Shown: piece by piece, positions 9,061 through 18,811 of the stretch
Numbering within the stretch: the first letter of the stretch is position 1
Layout of the letters: the number at the start of each line of letters is the position of its first letter
Assembly: GCA_937867025.1 (NCBI GenBank)
Contig: CALMKH010000147.1
Span: 1-61,391, forward strand
Length of the DNA stretch: 61,391 nt
Direction of reading: 5' to 3'
From: an uncultured Bacteroidota bacterium
Lineage (GTDB): Bacteria > Bacteroidota > Bacteroidia > NS11-12g > UBA955
The notes under the pieces: model-generated
Database searches by the model: none
What the model was told of the DNA's origin: nothing
Seen by the model: the letters and a program-made list of their open reading frames with translations, nothing else
Translations under genes and position numbers: made by a program

Positions 9061-10530
9061 TTGTTGAAAATAGTTTTAAGCCCATATTTCAAGCTTTTTC
9101 ATGCTCTAACCATATTCCTTTTTTGCCAGTCGCTTCATGGCCAGCAGATTATTTGGGCCAATAAGAACAATATTGACAAGCGTACCGATTTTACAAAGGT
9201 TATTGGCCAGAATAAATTCGGGTTGTATGTTCTGAAACACAAGAACAGCTCTTTCAGGAGGTATTTCATACTTGAACATTTCGACAAGAAAATGAACCTT
9301 CTTAAAAGCAAGACGTTTAAAATCCCCAATGCTGAGCTTGAAAAGATCATAGTTCATAAAAAAGGCATCGTATTCTTTACAAAAGAGTTCGGCAAGGGAT
9401 ATTCCTATAAGCTTACCATGCAGGGAATCGATTCCGGTTTCAATGAACAGCCTGCCAAAACCATCGTCTCCTCGCAAAGCTTCAATGATGAAACTGTCGG
9501 GTTCCGGATCGAATACAATCCCGACAAAAGCCGTTTTATTGTTTGGTATCTGCTCGAATCGGAGGGAAAGACCATTGTCAAATACCACCTGCTGGATCAC
9601 CAGCAGGTCATTAAAGAAGGGCAATCCGTCATAGACCATGCACTATCCGAGCTATACCTGGGTGATGCGATTGTGGATGATACAGGGAATCTTTACATGA
9701 TATATTCGCATTCCGAAAAATTTAAAAGCAAGGAAGCGTCGGATTTCAGGCATTACATGTATTGCCTTGACATCTTTTCAGGTGAATCGAAAAGCAAGCT
9801 GATCAACAATCCGGAAACCTTTGTCACCGGCTACAAGCTGTCATATAACCCCAGGCACAGGACAGTAAGCGGATTCGGCTTGTTCGGCACCAGGGACGAA
9901 GATGACAATAAAGGTTATTTCCTTCTGCAGATCGATTGCAAAACGTTTGAAGTCATTAATTCGGTATTCAATGACATCGACCGGAAAATTGTTGCCAATA
10001 TTATTGGGCTTAAATTCGAACAGAAAGGCGAAAACCTGAGCAAGTTCAAGATAAAAAAGCTGGTTCCGAAGGCTGATGGCGGATTGCTCGTTATAACGGA
10101 GCGGTCATTTATCACCACACAAAGCGATATTTTCTATGTCAATAACATTCCCCAGAGCAGTTATGCGAAAATATTCAACAATGATGAGGTGCTGATCCTG
10201 AGCCTGGACAGTACCGGAAAAGCGGAATGGACCGATGTGGTGGTAAAGAACCAGTCATCCATCAATGACGGAGGCTTTTATAACGGCATTATCATCATGG
10301 TGAACGATGACAGTTTCAGTATCCTTTACAATGACAGGTTAAGCGCCAATGCGGATATCATTCAGGTAACCTATAATCACAAAGGCGCACACACCAAAAA
10401 AATACTTCTCAACAACGAACAGTATTATGCCCTTGTCATACCTTCCGAATACAGCCAGGTAAGCAATAACAGCATTGTTTTGCCTATTAACCAGAACCGT
10501 GATTTCACATATATCAAACTTCTCTATTGA
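9061..10530 (+). CDS. Hypothetical secreted protein (489 aa)
   Basis: TTG start and an N-terminal hydrophobic signal (ALTIFLFCQSLHGQ). The sequence is beta-rich with no motif I recognise. Its stop overlaps the start of the next gene. Confidence 0.6.
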   Translation: MLKIVLSPYFKLFHALTIFLFCQSLHGQQIIWANKNNIDKRTDFTKVIGQNKFGLYVLKHKNSSFRRYFILEHFDKKMNLLKSKTFKIPNAELEKIIVHKKGIVFFTKEFGKGYSYKLTMQGIDSGFNEQPAKTIVSSQSFNDETVGFRIEYNPDKSRFIVWYLLESEGKTIVKYHLLDHQQVIKEGQSVIDHALSELYLGDAIVDDTGNLYMIYSHSEKFKSKEASDFRHYMYCLDIFSGESKSKLINNPETFVTGYKLSYNPRHRTVSGFGLFGTRDEDDNKGYFLLQIDCKTFEVINSVFNDIDRKIVANIIGLKFEQKGENLSKFKIKKLVPKADGGLLVITERSFITTQSDIFYVNNIPQSSYAKIFNNDEVLILSLDSTGKAEWTDVVVKNQSSINDGGFYNGIIIMVNDDSFSILYNDRLSANADIIQVTYNHKGAHTKKILLNNEQYYALVIPSEYSQVSNNSIVLPINQNRDFTYIKLLY

Positions 10531-11489
10531 TACGCTTATTTTCATACACGTTCAACCAGACCATACTGTTCCTGTTTATCTTTACGGTAGTCATAAGGAT
10601 ATCGGGAATCCAGGTGCCATATGTCAATACCACGCAGCAACTCAATATCAACTACCTTTCCGCCTTTTTTAATGCTATCAACTACTACCCCCTGAGCGGA
10701 TTCATCATCTCCACCCTATTTGTCTTTATCAACGCGCTGATACTTAACCATCTTTGCATCAAGCACGAGCTTACCATTTACCCTTCTTATCTTCCGGCCT
10801 ACTTTTTTGTCCTGCTGAATTCCGTGTTTGTAGACCAGTTTTATGCAGGACCGGTTATGTTTGTCAATTTTTTCCTCATCATATCCCTGGGCTCCATACT
10901 GAAACTCTACCAATCCGAGAACCCCAGCATAGCTATATTCTCGGCTTCAACCCTTGCGGGATTAAGCGCTTTGCTGAATATGACCTATATGGCTTTCTTT
11001 ATTGTCGTTGTAATAGGCATTAATATTTTCCGCCCATTCAACTTCAGGGAAAACCTTTCTGCTTTCATAGGATTCCTGCTGCCACTGTATATAGGCACCA
11101 TGGTGAATTTCCTTATCAATACCAAATTCCTGCCTTACCACATATTCTTTCCCGATTACGGCAATATCAACAACCAGTACTGGGTGTTTGAATCCGCATT
11201 GCCGGGAATAGCTGTCGTCGGCGTACTGGCGTTCATACGCATGTACAAGAATTTTTTCAGGAACTCAACCAAACAGCGAAGGCTCATACAGTTCATGGTC
11301 ATCCTGATGCTCGTCTCTATCATTATCATGATTACCGGCAAGCAAAACCCCAGGCAGGAGTTTTCGTTTGTGACCATCCCACTGGCCTTTATGTTCTCAT
11401 TCTATTTTGCCAACAGCAAACTGAATGTCTTTAAGGAAATAGTGAATATGCTGCTGATCATCTATATCCTTTATTACAGGATGCACTAG
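10527..11489 (+). CDS. Polytopic inner-membrane protein (about 9 TM segments), function unknown
   Basis: 320 aa, almost entirely hydrophobic helices. The TTG start overlaps the stop of the upstream gene by 4 nt (ttga), which suggests translational coupling. Confidence 0.65.
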   Translation: MIRLFSYTFNQTILFLFIFTVVIRISGIQVPYVNTTQQLNINYLSAFFNAINYYPLSGFIISTLFVFINALILNHLCIKHELTIYPSYLPAYFFVLLNSVFVDQFYAGPVMFVNFFLIISLGSILKLYQSENPSIAIFSASTLAGLSALLNMTYMAFFIVVVIGINIFRPFNFRENLSAFIGFLLPLYIGTMVNFLINTKFLPYHIFFPDYGNINNQYWVFESALPGIAVVGVLAFIRMYKNFFRNSTKQRRLIQFMVILMLVSIIIMITGKQNPRQEFSFVTIPLAFMFSFYFANSKLNVFKEIVNMLLIIYILYYRMH

Positions 11490-11491
11490 CT

Positions 11492-12073
11492 TCATTTATT
11501 CACAGCCTTCAGGAACATGTAATCCCCGGGCTTCACCTTTGATCCGAAATACTGAACCAGTTTTCCTTCAGGACTGATGATGAACTTATTGAAATTCCAG
11601 GAAACTTCGAAATCCGCCACACCGTTCTTTTGTTTTTGGGTCAGCCATTGATACAGGGGATGCTGATGTTCACCCTTGACATCTATTTTTTCTGACAGGG
11701 GAAAAGTAACGCCATAGTTTTTCTGGCAAAAACTGCCAATTTCCTCAGCCGTACCGGGTTCCTGGCCGCCAAACTGGTTGCATGGGCACCCAATTACCGC
11801 GACGCCGCTATCTTTATATTTGCTGTAGAATTCCTGCAGATCCTTGTATTGGTAGGTATATCCGCATTCGCTGGCGGTATTTACGATCACCAGGTACTTG
11901 CCTTTATAATCGGAAAGATTTATCAGTGCGGAGGAGTCAAGGGTTCTGATGCTGATATCATAAATGGAAGATGTGTTTTCCTCCGGCTTTACAGGTTCTA
12001 TCCTTTTTGGCCGGCATCCCATGCATGTGCCGAGAACAGCGATAAGGCCCATGACATAACTGAATGTTTTCAT
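11492..12073 (-). CDS. Glutathione peroxidase family lipoprotein
   Basis: GPx signatures VNTASECGYT (Cys active site, not Sec), CNQFGGQEPG and WNFNKF. The N-terminal lipobox-like LGTCMGC suggests export. Confidence 0.9.
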   Translation of the reverse strand: MKTFSYVMGLIAVLGTCMGCRPKRIEPVKPEENTSSIYDISIRTLDSSALINLSDYKGKYLVIVNTASECGYTYQYKDLQEFYSKYKDSGVAVIGCPCNQFGGQEPGTAEEIGSFCQKNYGVTFPLSEKIDVKGEHQHPLYQWLTQKQKNGVADFEVSWNFNKFIISPEGKLVQYFGSKVKPGDYMFLKAVNK

Positions 12074-12110
12074 AGGGCAAAATTACGACTTTTGCCAAAT
12101 AATACGGGAT

Positions 12111-12515
12111 TTAAGCTTTCCTTTTGGACAGGAACCTGTTTTCCAGCTTAAGCGCCTCTATTTCTTCCATAAGTTTTTTAATAAGCAGTTCCTTTGCACG
12201 GTCTTTATCCCGGTATTCCTCGATCAGCAATTCCATCCACTGTATGTGTTCATGATGTTTCTCTTGTTCAGGGGGATCAGACCGCAGGTCCGCATATTTC
12301 CTGTAGAATGCCTCATCCAGGAAGTTTTCAAATGTCAGGCCCAGAATTTTTGCGATATCAGGCAGGAATCTGGAATAGGTAAGCCTTTTGCCATTTTCAA
12401 GCTTGGAATATTCGCTTTGGCTTATTCCCAACTGGCGGGCCATGTATTCAGATTTTAGTCCTTTTGCCATCCTGGTCAAACGTATGTGATCCAGAATGTA
12501 CATGTGTATTTGCAT
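12111..12515 (-). CDS. XRE-family helix-turn-helix transcriptional regulator with a C-terminal coiled coil
   Basis: HTH_3 pattern MAKGLKSEYMARQLGISQSEYSKLENGKR. The C-terminal heptad-like LIKKLMEEIEALKLENRFL suggests a coiled coil. The ORF-track start at 12584 would cover the upstream palindrome, so I prefer the internal Met at 12515 (or 12503). Confidence 0.75.
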   Translation of the reverse strand: MQIHMYILDHIRLTRMAKGLKSEYMARQLGISQSEYSKLENGKRLTYSRFLPDIAKILGLTFENFLDEAFYRKYADLRSDPPEQEKHHEHIQWMELLIEEYRDKDRAKELLIKKLMEEIEALKLENRFLSKRKA

Positions 12516-12574
12516 TGTTCCAAAGTACCGGATTCCCGATATATAAAGCAATACGCCTTTCCACGTATATAAAC

Positions 12575-12592
12575 TCTCACGCAATCGTGAGA
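12575..12592. promoter_or_regulatory. Perfect 7-bp inverted repeat TCTCACG-caat-CGTGAGA (candidate operator)
   Basis: Read directly from the sequence. It lies in the divergent region between the XRE regulator and the CxxC lipoprotein gene. Confidence 0.3.
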
Positions 12593-12805
12593 AATATTCA
12601 CGGAATATTCCAAAAAGCGGAATATTTTATTGCTTGGTATGCATTGATATTCTGTCTTGCTTTGACAATGAAAAAACTTAAAACATACAAAGAAGCCAAT
12701 GCTTACAGGTTTTTCCCGGTTTTTTATCATGAGGAACAGAAAAACAAGCTTCATTCTTGACATCAATGACGGCAAACAGCTCTTTATTGTTGATACGATT
12801 CGGTT

Positions 12806-13318
12806 ATGAAAAAGTCAGTAAAACAAATTACACATAACAATCATAAAAAATATACGTCCGGACTTGCAATTCTAACAGTGTTGATCAGTTTACACTTAAG
12901 CTCCTGCTACAACCGCAAAGGTGATATGCGGGAAGAGCATTCTTCCGACCCTGTCGCCACATATTATAAGAACCGGTTGGCCAATCTTTTCCGGATCGCC
13001 GCCATTGACAACCTTTCCAAGAAATTAAACCATTTCGAGATTATCATACTGAGGAAAAATAAATGCGCTGTCTGCAATAGTTCCATTTACGAACATGTAG
13101 AATTGTACTCCCAACCACGCCAGACCAAACTGATTATACTGGCTGTTACTGACACCCCGGCGGACTGGAAGAAAGAATTCAGGAATTACCCGAATGCACA
13201 ACAGACAGAGATTGTGGAAGTGAACGGTGAAGAAGCTGAAAAGCTGGGTTTTGATGTTGTTGAAACCATGCATGTAACCATTCTGAAAAAGGAAGTATTA
13301 TCCTACCAGGTCTTATGA
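12806..13318 (+). CDS. Small lipoprotein with a CxxC motif (possible thioredoxin-fold protein)
   Basis: Lipobox LHLSSC. The strand-then-CxxC pattern IIILRKNKCAVCN (Cys codons at 13064 and 13073) resembles thioredoxin-like proteins. No other motif seen. Confidence 0.45.
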   Translation: MKKSVKQITHNNHKKYTSGLAILTVLISLHLSSCYNRKGDMREEHSSDPVATYYKNRLANLFRIAAIDNLSKKLNHFEIIILRKNKCAVCNSSIYEHVELYSQPRQTKLIILAVTDTPADWKKEFRNYPNAQQTEIVEVNGEEAEKLGFDVVETMHVTILKKEVLSYQVL

Positions 13319-13370
13319 AGTTTTTTATAAGCCGTTTTTGGGAATCCGAAACTTTCCATAAACTTGCATC

Positions 13371-14270
13371 ATGGAATACGGACGCGTTACCGAAGAAGAA
13401 CTGGAGAGTATTGATTTTTCACTTCCAAAGGATCATCCCCAGACCACTAAAGTGCTGGCAGCGAACAAAGGCGCCAAAACCAAGGTTTGGGTAGGCTGCG
13501 CCAAATGGGGCCGGCCCGAATGGGTGGGCAAGATCTATCCCAAAGGCACAAAACCTGCCAATTTCCTGGATGAATATGCCAAACAGTACAATTGTATCGA
13601 ACTCAATGCCATTTCGTACCAATTGCCCTCCAAAGAGCAGCTGGATAGCTGGAAGAGCAAGGTCGGAGCAGATTTTCTTTTTTGTCCCAAATTCTCCGAT
13701 ACCATTACGCACCGCAAGCGCCTGAAAAATGTTGAGAAAGAACTGGAAAGCTATTTTAAGGCCATCCAGGGACTTGGCAAACATCTGGGACCAATATTCC
13801 TTCTTCCACACCCCCAGATGGGTCCGAAACAAATGGACACCATTGTTGAATTCATGAAATCCATTCCTGAGGATATCAGGCTGTTTGTTGAATTCAGGCA
13901 TCCGGAATGGTTCATTCAGCCGCACTTTGACACGATGTTCTCCATCCTGGAAGACATGAAAAAAGGCGCCATTATTACTGATACGGCTGCACGCCGGGAT
14001 GGCGTACACATGAGGTTGCCCACTCCGGAAGCTTTCATACGCTTTGTGGGCAACAGCCTTCATGAGTCGGACTACATGCGCATCGACCAATGGGTGGACA
14101 GGATAAAAAAATGGATGAAGGAAGGCCTGGAAACATGTTATTTCTTCATGCACATGCACGATGAGCGCTATTCTCCCGAATTATCGAAGTACCTTGTGGA
14201 GCAGCTGAACATCAAATGCGGGCTTTCCATTCCGGTTCCCCGATTTGTGGAAGGCGCCAAACTGCTTTAA
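13371..14270 (+). CDS. DUF72 (UPF0759) family protein
   Basis: Typical DUF72 N-terminus (VWVGCAKWGRPEWVGKIYPKG...FLDEYAKQYNCIELNAISYQLP) and length of 299 aa. Confidence 0.85.
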   Translation: MEYGRVTEEELESIDFSLPKDHPQTTKVLAANKGAKTKVWVGCAKWGRPEWVGKIYPKGTKPANFLDEYAKQYNCIELNAISYQLPSKEQLDSWKSKVGADFLFCPKFSDTITHRKRLKNVEKELESYFKAIQGLGKHLGPIFLLPHPQMGPKQMDTIVEFMKSIPEDIRLFVEFRHPEWFIQPHFDTMFSILEDMKKGAIITDTAARRDGVHMRLPTPEAFIRFVGNSLHESDYMRIDQWVDRIKKWMKEGLETCYFFMHMHDERYSPELSKYLVEQLNIKCGLSIPVPRFVEGAKLL

Positions 14271-14341
14271 CTTTGTCTGACGCCTGTCTATAATACAAAA
14301 CAGTCGGGCGAAGTCTTTTGAAGGTGGCGGTGAATAAACGT

Positions 14342-14349
14342 TATATTTG
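14342..14349 (+). promoter_or_regulatory. -7 promoter box (TATATTTG)
   Basis: TAnnTTTG match only 5 nt upstream of the GTG start at 14355, which implies a leaderless or near-leaderless mRNA. Confidence 0.4.
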
Positions 14350-14354
14350 CCGGG

Positions 14355-15800
14355 GTGGGAACATTAAAAAAGCTTGCTTCACAAACAGCCATTTACGGTC
14401 TCAGCTCCATGCTCGGCAGGTTTATCAATTTCCTGCTTGTCATCCCCCACACTAAATATCTTAACACCGTAGGCTCTTATGGCGATATTACCGCCATCTT
14501 CTCTTTCATGGCTTTTTTCAATATTATCCTTACGTATGGGATGGATACGGCATACTTCAATTTTGTGCGCAATGGGCACGAGCCGCGAAAAATATACGCC
14601 ATATCTCAAAAAAGCATTATGATAACCACCCTGGTGTTTAGCGGCACCGTACTGCTTTTTGTTGATCAGAGTGCAGCGCTCCTTGGATTTACGGGCCACG
14701 CGGATTATGTATATTCCTGCCTGATTTTCCTGGCGTTTGATACGCTGTCGGTGATGCCGTATGCAAAGCTGCGATTTGAAGAGAAACCATTAAGGTTTGC
14801 CGGAATTAAGCTTGCAAATATTCTTGTCAATGTGGCTCTCAACCTTTTATTCCTTCAGAACACCCCTGATTTTCTTGCCGGTTACAGCCAGGTAACGCTG
14901 ATACTGATTGCCAATGCCGTGGCGAGCATTTCCTCTTTCCTGCTGCTGTCTCCTATGGCATTCGATATCCGTTTCAGTCTTGATAAAAAACTGCTGGGCG
15001 ATATGCTGCATTACGCCTGGCCGCTTATATTTGTCGGGCTTGCGGGCATGGTCAATGAAACCCTGTCAAGGAACCTCCTCCACAGGCTGCTGCCCGGAAC
15101 TGAGGGTTCGTACCAGAATGGTATTTTCGGGGCATTCTACAAGCTGACCATGGTGATGACCATGTTTGTGCAGGCCTTCAGGTTTGCGGCAATGCCCTTC
15201 TTTTTCAAGCAAAAGGAAAGCGAGGAAAACCGCGGGGTATACGCCAATGTCATGTATTGGTTCATCAGCGTGTGTTCCCTTATTTTCCTTGCCAGCATGA
15301 GTTTTATTGATGAACTGGCTCATCTTTTTATTAAAAACCCCGATTATTTTAAAGATCCACGGGGACTTTTTGTTGTTCCCATCCTGTTGCTGGCAAATCT
15401 TGCGCTCGGCATCTATTACAATCTCAGCATATGGTACCAGCTTACGAATAAGACCCGGGCAGGAGCAGTCATTGCGGTTGGTGGAGCTGTTGCTACAATT
15501 GTTCTTAACATAGCGCTCATCCCTGAATACGGATTCGTGGCAAGTGCGTGGATCACCCTGGCTGTATACGGCTCCATGTGTATTGCGGGATACCTGCTTG
15601 GCCAGCATTATTACAGGGTGCCTTATAATGTTGTGAACTACCTGCTTCTGATAGCTGCTTCCATCGTATTGTGGCTGATCGAGGACAAATGGTTAGGGAA
15701 CGTTGTAAACAGGACATTGGCGTTTACAGTAAAAGCAGCGTTTCCTCTATTATTCCTGTTGATAATTTGGATGTTACAACCTAAGCGAAAAATTGCTTAA
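14355..15800 (+). CDS. Oligosaccharide/polysaccharide flippase family (MOP/Wzx-like) membrane protein
   Basis: 481 aa with about 12-14 TM helices. The N-terminus [25 protein letters not shown] is typical of polysaccharide-biosynthesis flippases. Confidence 0.8.
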   Translation: MGTLKKLASQTAIYGLSSMLGRFINFLLVIPHTKYLNTVGSYGDITAIFSFMAFFNIILTYGMDTAYFNFVRNGHEPRKIYAISQKSIMITTLVFSGTVLLFVDQSAALLGFTGHADYVYSCLIFLAFDTLSVMPYAKLRFEEKPLRFAGIKLANILVNVALNLLFLQNTPDFLAGYSQVTLILIANAVASISSFLLLSPMAFDIRFSLDKKLLGDMLHYAWPLIFVGLAGMVNETLSRNLLHRLLPGTEGSYQNGIFGAFYKLTMVMTMFVQAFRFAAMPFFFKQKESEENRGVYANVMYWFISVCSLIFLASMSFIDELAHLFIKNPDYFKDPRGLFVVPILLLANLALGIYYNLSIWYQLTNKTRAGAVIAVGGAVATIVLNIALIPEYGFVASAWITLAVYGSMCIAGYLLGQHYYRVPYNVVNYLLLIAASIVLWLIEDKWLGNVVNRTLAFTVKAAFPLLFLLIIWMLQPKRKIA

Positions 15801-15805
15801 ATTTG
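15798..15805 (+). promoter_or_regulatory. -7 promoter box (TAAATTTG) for dut
   Basis: TAnnTTTG match overlapping the flippase stop codon. It lies downstream of the ORF-track dut start (TTG 15793), which favours the TTG at 15814. Confidence 0.4.
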
Positions 15806-15813
15806 CAAAGATT

Positions 15814-16254
15814 TTGACAGTTAAAGTAAAAATAAAAAATACAAGCGATCTGCCTCTGCCAGCATACCAGACAGAAATGTCTGCAGGTGCTGATTTGTGT
15901 GCAAATATTGACAGTCCGGTAACTATAGAGCCTCTTGAAAGGGTACTTATCCCTACAGGGCTGTTCATGGAACTTCCCGAAAATTATGAAGCCCAGATAA
16001 GGCCGAGGAGCGGCCTGGCATTTAAGCACGGCATTACCGTTCTGAATTCACCGGGAACGATTGACGCAGATTACAGGGGCGAGATAAAAGTATTGCTGGT
16101 CAATTTAAGCAGCCAGTCCTTCACCCTTCAACCGGGGGACAGGATGGCACAAATGGTGATTGCACGTTGTGAACAGGCGGAATGGCAATCCGAAACCGAA
16201 CTGAGTGAAACCAAAAGGGGTGAAGGCGGGTACGGACATACAGGTGTAAAATAG
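15814..16254 (+). CDS. dut: dUTP diphosphatase
   Basis: Motifs [30 protein letters not shown] and the C-terminal [10 protein letters not shown]. The start was moved to TTG 15814 ([11 protein letters not shown]...), which matches the usual Dut N-terminus and the promoter-box position. Confidence 0.92.
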   Translation: MTVKVKIKNTSDLPLPAYQTEMSAGADLCANIDSPVTIEPLERVLIPTGLFMELPENYEAQIRPRSGLAFKHGITVLNSPGTIDADYRGEIKVLLVNLSSQSFTLQPGDRMAQMVIARCEQAEWQSETELSETKRGEGGYGHTGVK

Positions 16255-16268
16255 AAACAACAAATATT

Positions 16269-17279
16269 ATGAGTGGAATGAATATTATTATCCCTATGGC
16301 AGGTATGGGCAAAAGAATGAGACCCCATACACTTACGGTTCCAAAGCCTTTGCTGCCTATTGCGGGAAAACCCATTGTGCAAAGACTTGTCGAAGACATA
16401 GCAGCAGTTTGTAATGACAAGATCAAGGAAGTAGCCTTTGTGATCGGGGATTTCGGACTTGAAGTGGAATTGCAGCTGATCAGGATAGCTGAAAGCATCG
16501 GCGCCAAAGGGCGCATATATTACCAGGATGAAGCCTTGGGCACCGCTCATGCCGTCATGTGCGCCACACCCGCTCTTGAAGGGGAGGTGATCGTAGCGTT
16601 TGCAGATACACTTTTCAAAGCCCAGTTCGACCTGGATAAATCTGCCGACGGAACCATCTGGGTTCATAAAGTTGCAAATCCAAGCCAGTTCGGGGTGGTG
16701 AAAATTGACGAAAGGAACGTGATCACGGATTTTGTTGAAAAACCGTCTGAATTCGTTTCCGACCTCGCGATCATCGGGATATACTATTTCAAGGATGGTG
16801 AAAACCTTCTCAACGAGATCCAGTACCTTGTGGACAATGATATCAAGGAAAAAGGAGAATACCAGCTCACCAATGCCCTTGAAAATATGAAAAACAAAGG
16901 TCTTGAATTCAAGCCTGGCGAAGTGGAGGAATGGCTTGATTGCGGCAATAAGGACGCTACTGTGTTCACCAATCAGAGAATTCTTGAGATCAGGAAAGGT
17001 GAATTCAAAATCGAGGAATCAAGGTTTAATCATGGCACCAAGATCATAGAACCTTGCTTCATTGATCAGGACGTGGTGCTTGAGAATTCAACCATTGGAC
17101 CGCATGTCAGCATAGGAAAAGGATCTGTTATCAGGAACAGTGTAATATCCAACAGCATCGTTCAGAAGAACTGCACGATAGACAATGCCAATTTTTCCAA
17201 CAGCATGATAGGCAATTACGTCAGCATCAACGGTCAGGCCCACGAATACAGTCTTGGTGATTACAGCACCTTAAATTAA
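16269..17279 (+). CDS. Sugar-phosphate nucleotidyltransferase with a C-terminal left-handed beta-helix
   Basis: N-terminal IIPMAGMGKRMRP (GxGxR NTP-transferase motif). The C-terminus has hexapeptide-like repeats (IGPHVSIGKGSVIRNSVISNSIV). Confidence 0.8.
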   Translation: MSGMNIIIPMAGMGKRMRPHTLTVPKPLLPIAGKPIVQRLVEDIAAVCNDKIKEVAFVIGDFGLEVELQLIRIAESIGAKGRIYYQDEALGTAHAVMCATPALEGEVIVAFADTLFKAQFDLDKSADGTIWVHKVANPSQFGVVKIDERNVITDFVEKPSEFVSDLAIIGIYYFKDGENLLNEIQYLVDNDIKEKGEYQLTNALENMKNKGLEFKPGEVEEWLDCGNKDATVFTNQRILEIRKGEFKIEESRFNHGTKIIEPCFIDQDVVLENSTIGPHVSIGKGSVIRNSVISNSIVQKNCTIDNANFSNSMIGNYVSINGQAHEYSLGDYSTLN

Positions 17280-17290
17280 GCATTGTTCAC

Positions 17291-18811
17291 TTGAGAGCCA
17301 GGGCCCATATCCTTTCTTTACTGCCGGCCATTTTATTACTGATGGTCATGGAAGGGTGCAAGCCGCGAAAATCTAACGCACATGCGGAGGCGAATCAGGC
17401 CGCAGAGGCATCCAATCAGTTCGGTCATTATTTTATAGACGCTTGCACGCATTACAATAACGGCAACTACGATGCTGCCCTCAAGCTGTTCATCAAGTGC
17501 CGTGACCTGAAACCCGGCGAAGCATCCGTTTATTACGAACTGAGCAGGGTGTATGAAAAAAACGAAGATAAGAATCTGGCGCTTCAGAATGCGATGAAAG
17601 CATTCGAGCTGGCACCCGCAAATAAATATTATGCGTTGTGGTATGCGTCCAAACTGAGGCAAAACAGTCAATACGACCAGGCCATCAGTGTCCTGCACAG
17701 CGTGCTTCCTGCCAACAGCAAGGATGAACCGCTGATCCGGGAACTTGATCTGCTGTACGGCCTTAAAGGAGATACGCCCCGGAGAATCAGCCTTTGGAAG
17801 AATTACCAGGAAGCGACCAGCTACAAGTTGAGCACTTCGCTTAAACTGATCGAATTATACAAGGCCCAGAAAGATTATGCGGCAGCCCATAAGGTGTATG
17901 ATGACATAAAAAGAGCCTCTCCCGGAAAGTTCCAGTATTATATTGACGACGCCAATTTGTACCTGGAGCATAATGACGAGGCCAACGCAAACCTTAACTT
18001 TGAAAAAGCCGTTGCTATCAACCCCAATAACTGGAAAGTCAACTATGCCCTTTACAATTCCTACCGCAAAAAGGATAAGGTAAAGGCAGGACGGTATCTC
18101 GGGATGGCTTTCGCCGATGTGAATACAAGTTTTGAGTCGAAGATCAACGCATGTGTTGAATTGAAGAATGAGAGTAAAACGGACACAGGCATGCGTTATT
18201 TTACCACGATAGCGGCCAATGAACTGGTAAAACTGTATCCTGAAAATGCCAATGCGCTTATTACCGCAGCAAAGTTCTATGAGGAGAACGAAAACTATCG
18301 TTTGGCCTTTGACAGGTACCAGGCGGTATACAAACTCAATCCCAATATGTATGATGCCTGGACAGGGGCTATAGCGTGTGCGGAAAAACTGGACCTGGCC
18401 GGCGATATGGCATCAATCAGCGAACAGGCCCTGGAGTATTATCCGAATGTGGCCAGCCTGTACCTGAGCGCTGCCAGGGCGTACAACATGAAAAAAGAAT
18501 ATCGCAAAGCTGCAGATCATTGCACCTCCGGCAAGAGTTTTGCCCTGGATAATGATACAAAATGCCAGCTGCTGACGGAAGAGGCTTTCGCCTTGTTTAA
18601 GCTGCAGGACTACAATGGCGCTGAGAAGGCCTGCCTGGAAGCGATGGCAATAAATAAGGAGGAAAAGCAGTTATATGACATAATGGGCAATGTCAAGTAT
18701 TTTCTCAGGCAGGTGGATGAAGCCGTTAAGAATTGGGAAAAAGCTCGGGATCTGGGACTTAAAAACCCTGTCATCGACAGGAAGATCAGTGAGAGGAAAT
18801 ACTATGAATAG
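17291..18811 (+). CDS. Tetratricopeptide-repeat lipoprotein
   Basis: Lipobox-like VMEGC. There are many TPR-like units (YNNGNYDAALKLFIKC, ASVYYELSRVYEKNEDKNLALQNAMKAFELAP, and others). Confidence 0.75.
   Translation: MRARAHILSLLPAILLLMVMEGCKPRKSNAHAEANQAAEASNQFGHYFIDACTHYNNGNYDAALKLFIKCRDLKPGEASVYYELSRVYEKNEDKNLALQNAMKAFELAPANKYYALWYASKLRQNSQYDQAISVLHSVLPANSKDEPLIRELDLLYGLKGDTPRRISLWKNYQEATSYKLSTSLKLIELYKAQKDYAAAHKVYDDIKRASPGKFQYYIDDANLYLEHNDEANANLNFEKAVAINPNNWKVNYALYNSYRKKDKVKAGRYLGMAFADVNTSFESKINACVELKNESKTDTGMRYFTTIAANELVKLYPENANALITAAKFYEENENYRLAFDRYQAVYKLNPNMYDAWTGAIACAEKLDLAGDMASISEQALEYYPNVASLYLSAARAYNMKKEYRKAADHCTSGKSFALDNDTKCQLLTEEAFALFKLQDYNGAEKACLEAMAINKEEKQLYDIMGNVKYFLRQVDEAVKNWEKARDLGLKNPVIDRKISERKYYE

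Noticed and set aside
11492-12073. Possible selenocysteine recoding in the glutathione peroxidase
   Set aside because: The active-site codon is a Cys codon within an uninterrupted ORF (ASECGYT). There is no in-frame TGA.
12516-12584. 5' extension of the XRE regulator ORF (ORF-track start 12584)
   Set aside because: The extension (MRESLYTWKGVLLYISGIRYFGT) precedes the HTH domain and has no counterpart in typical XRE proteins. It runs into the palindromic control region, so I prefer an internal Met.
13419-14159. 246-aa minus-strand ORF
   Set aside because: It is entirely antisense to the well-supported DUF72 gene. Its translation has no motifs and odd composition, so it is a typical shadow ORF.
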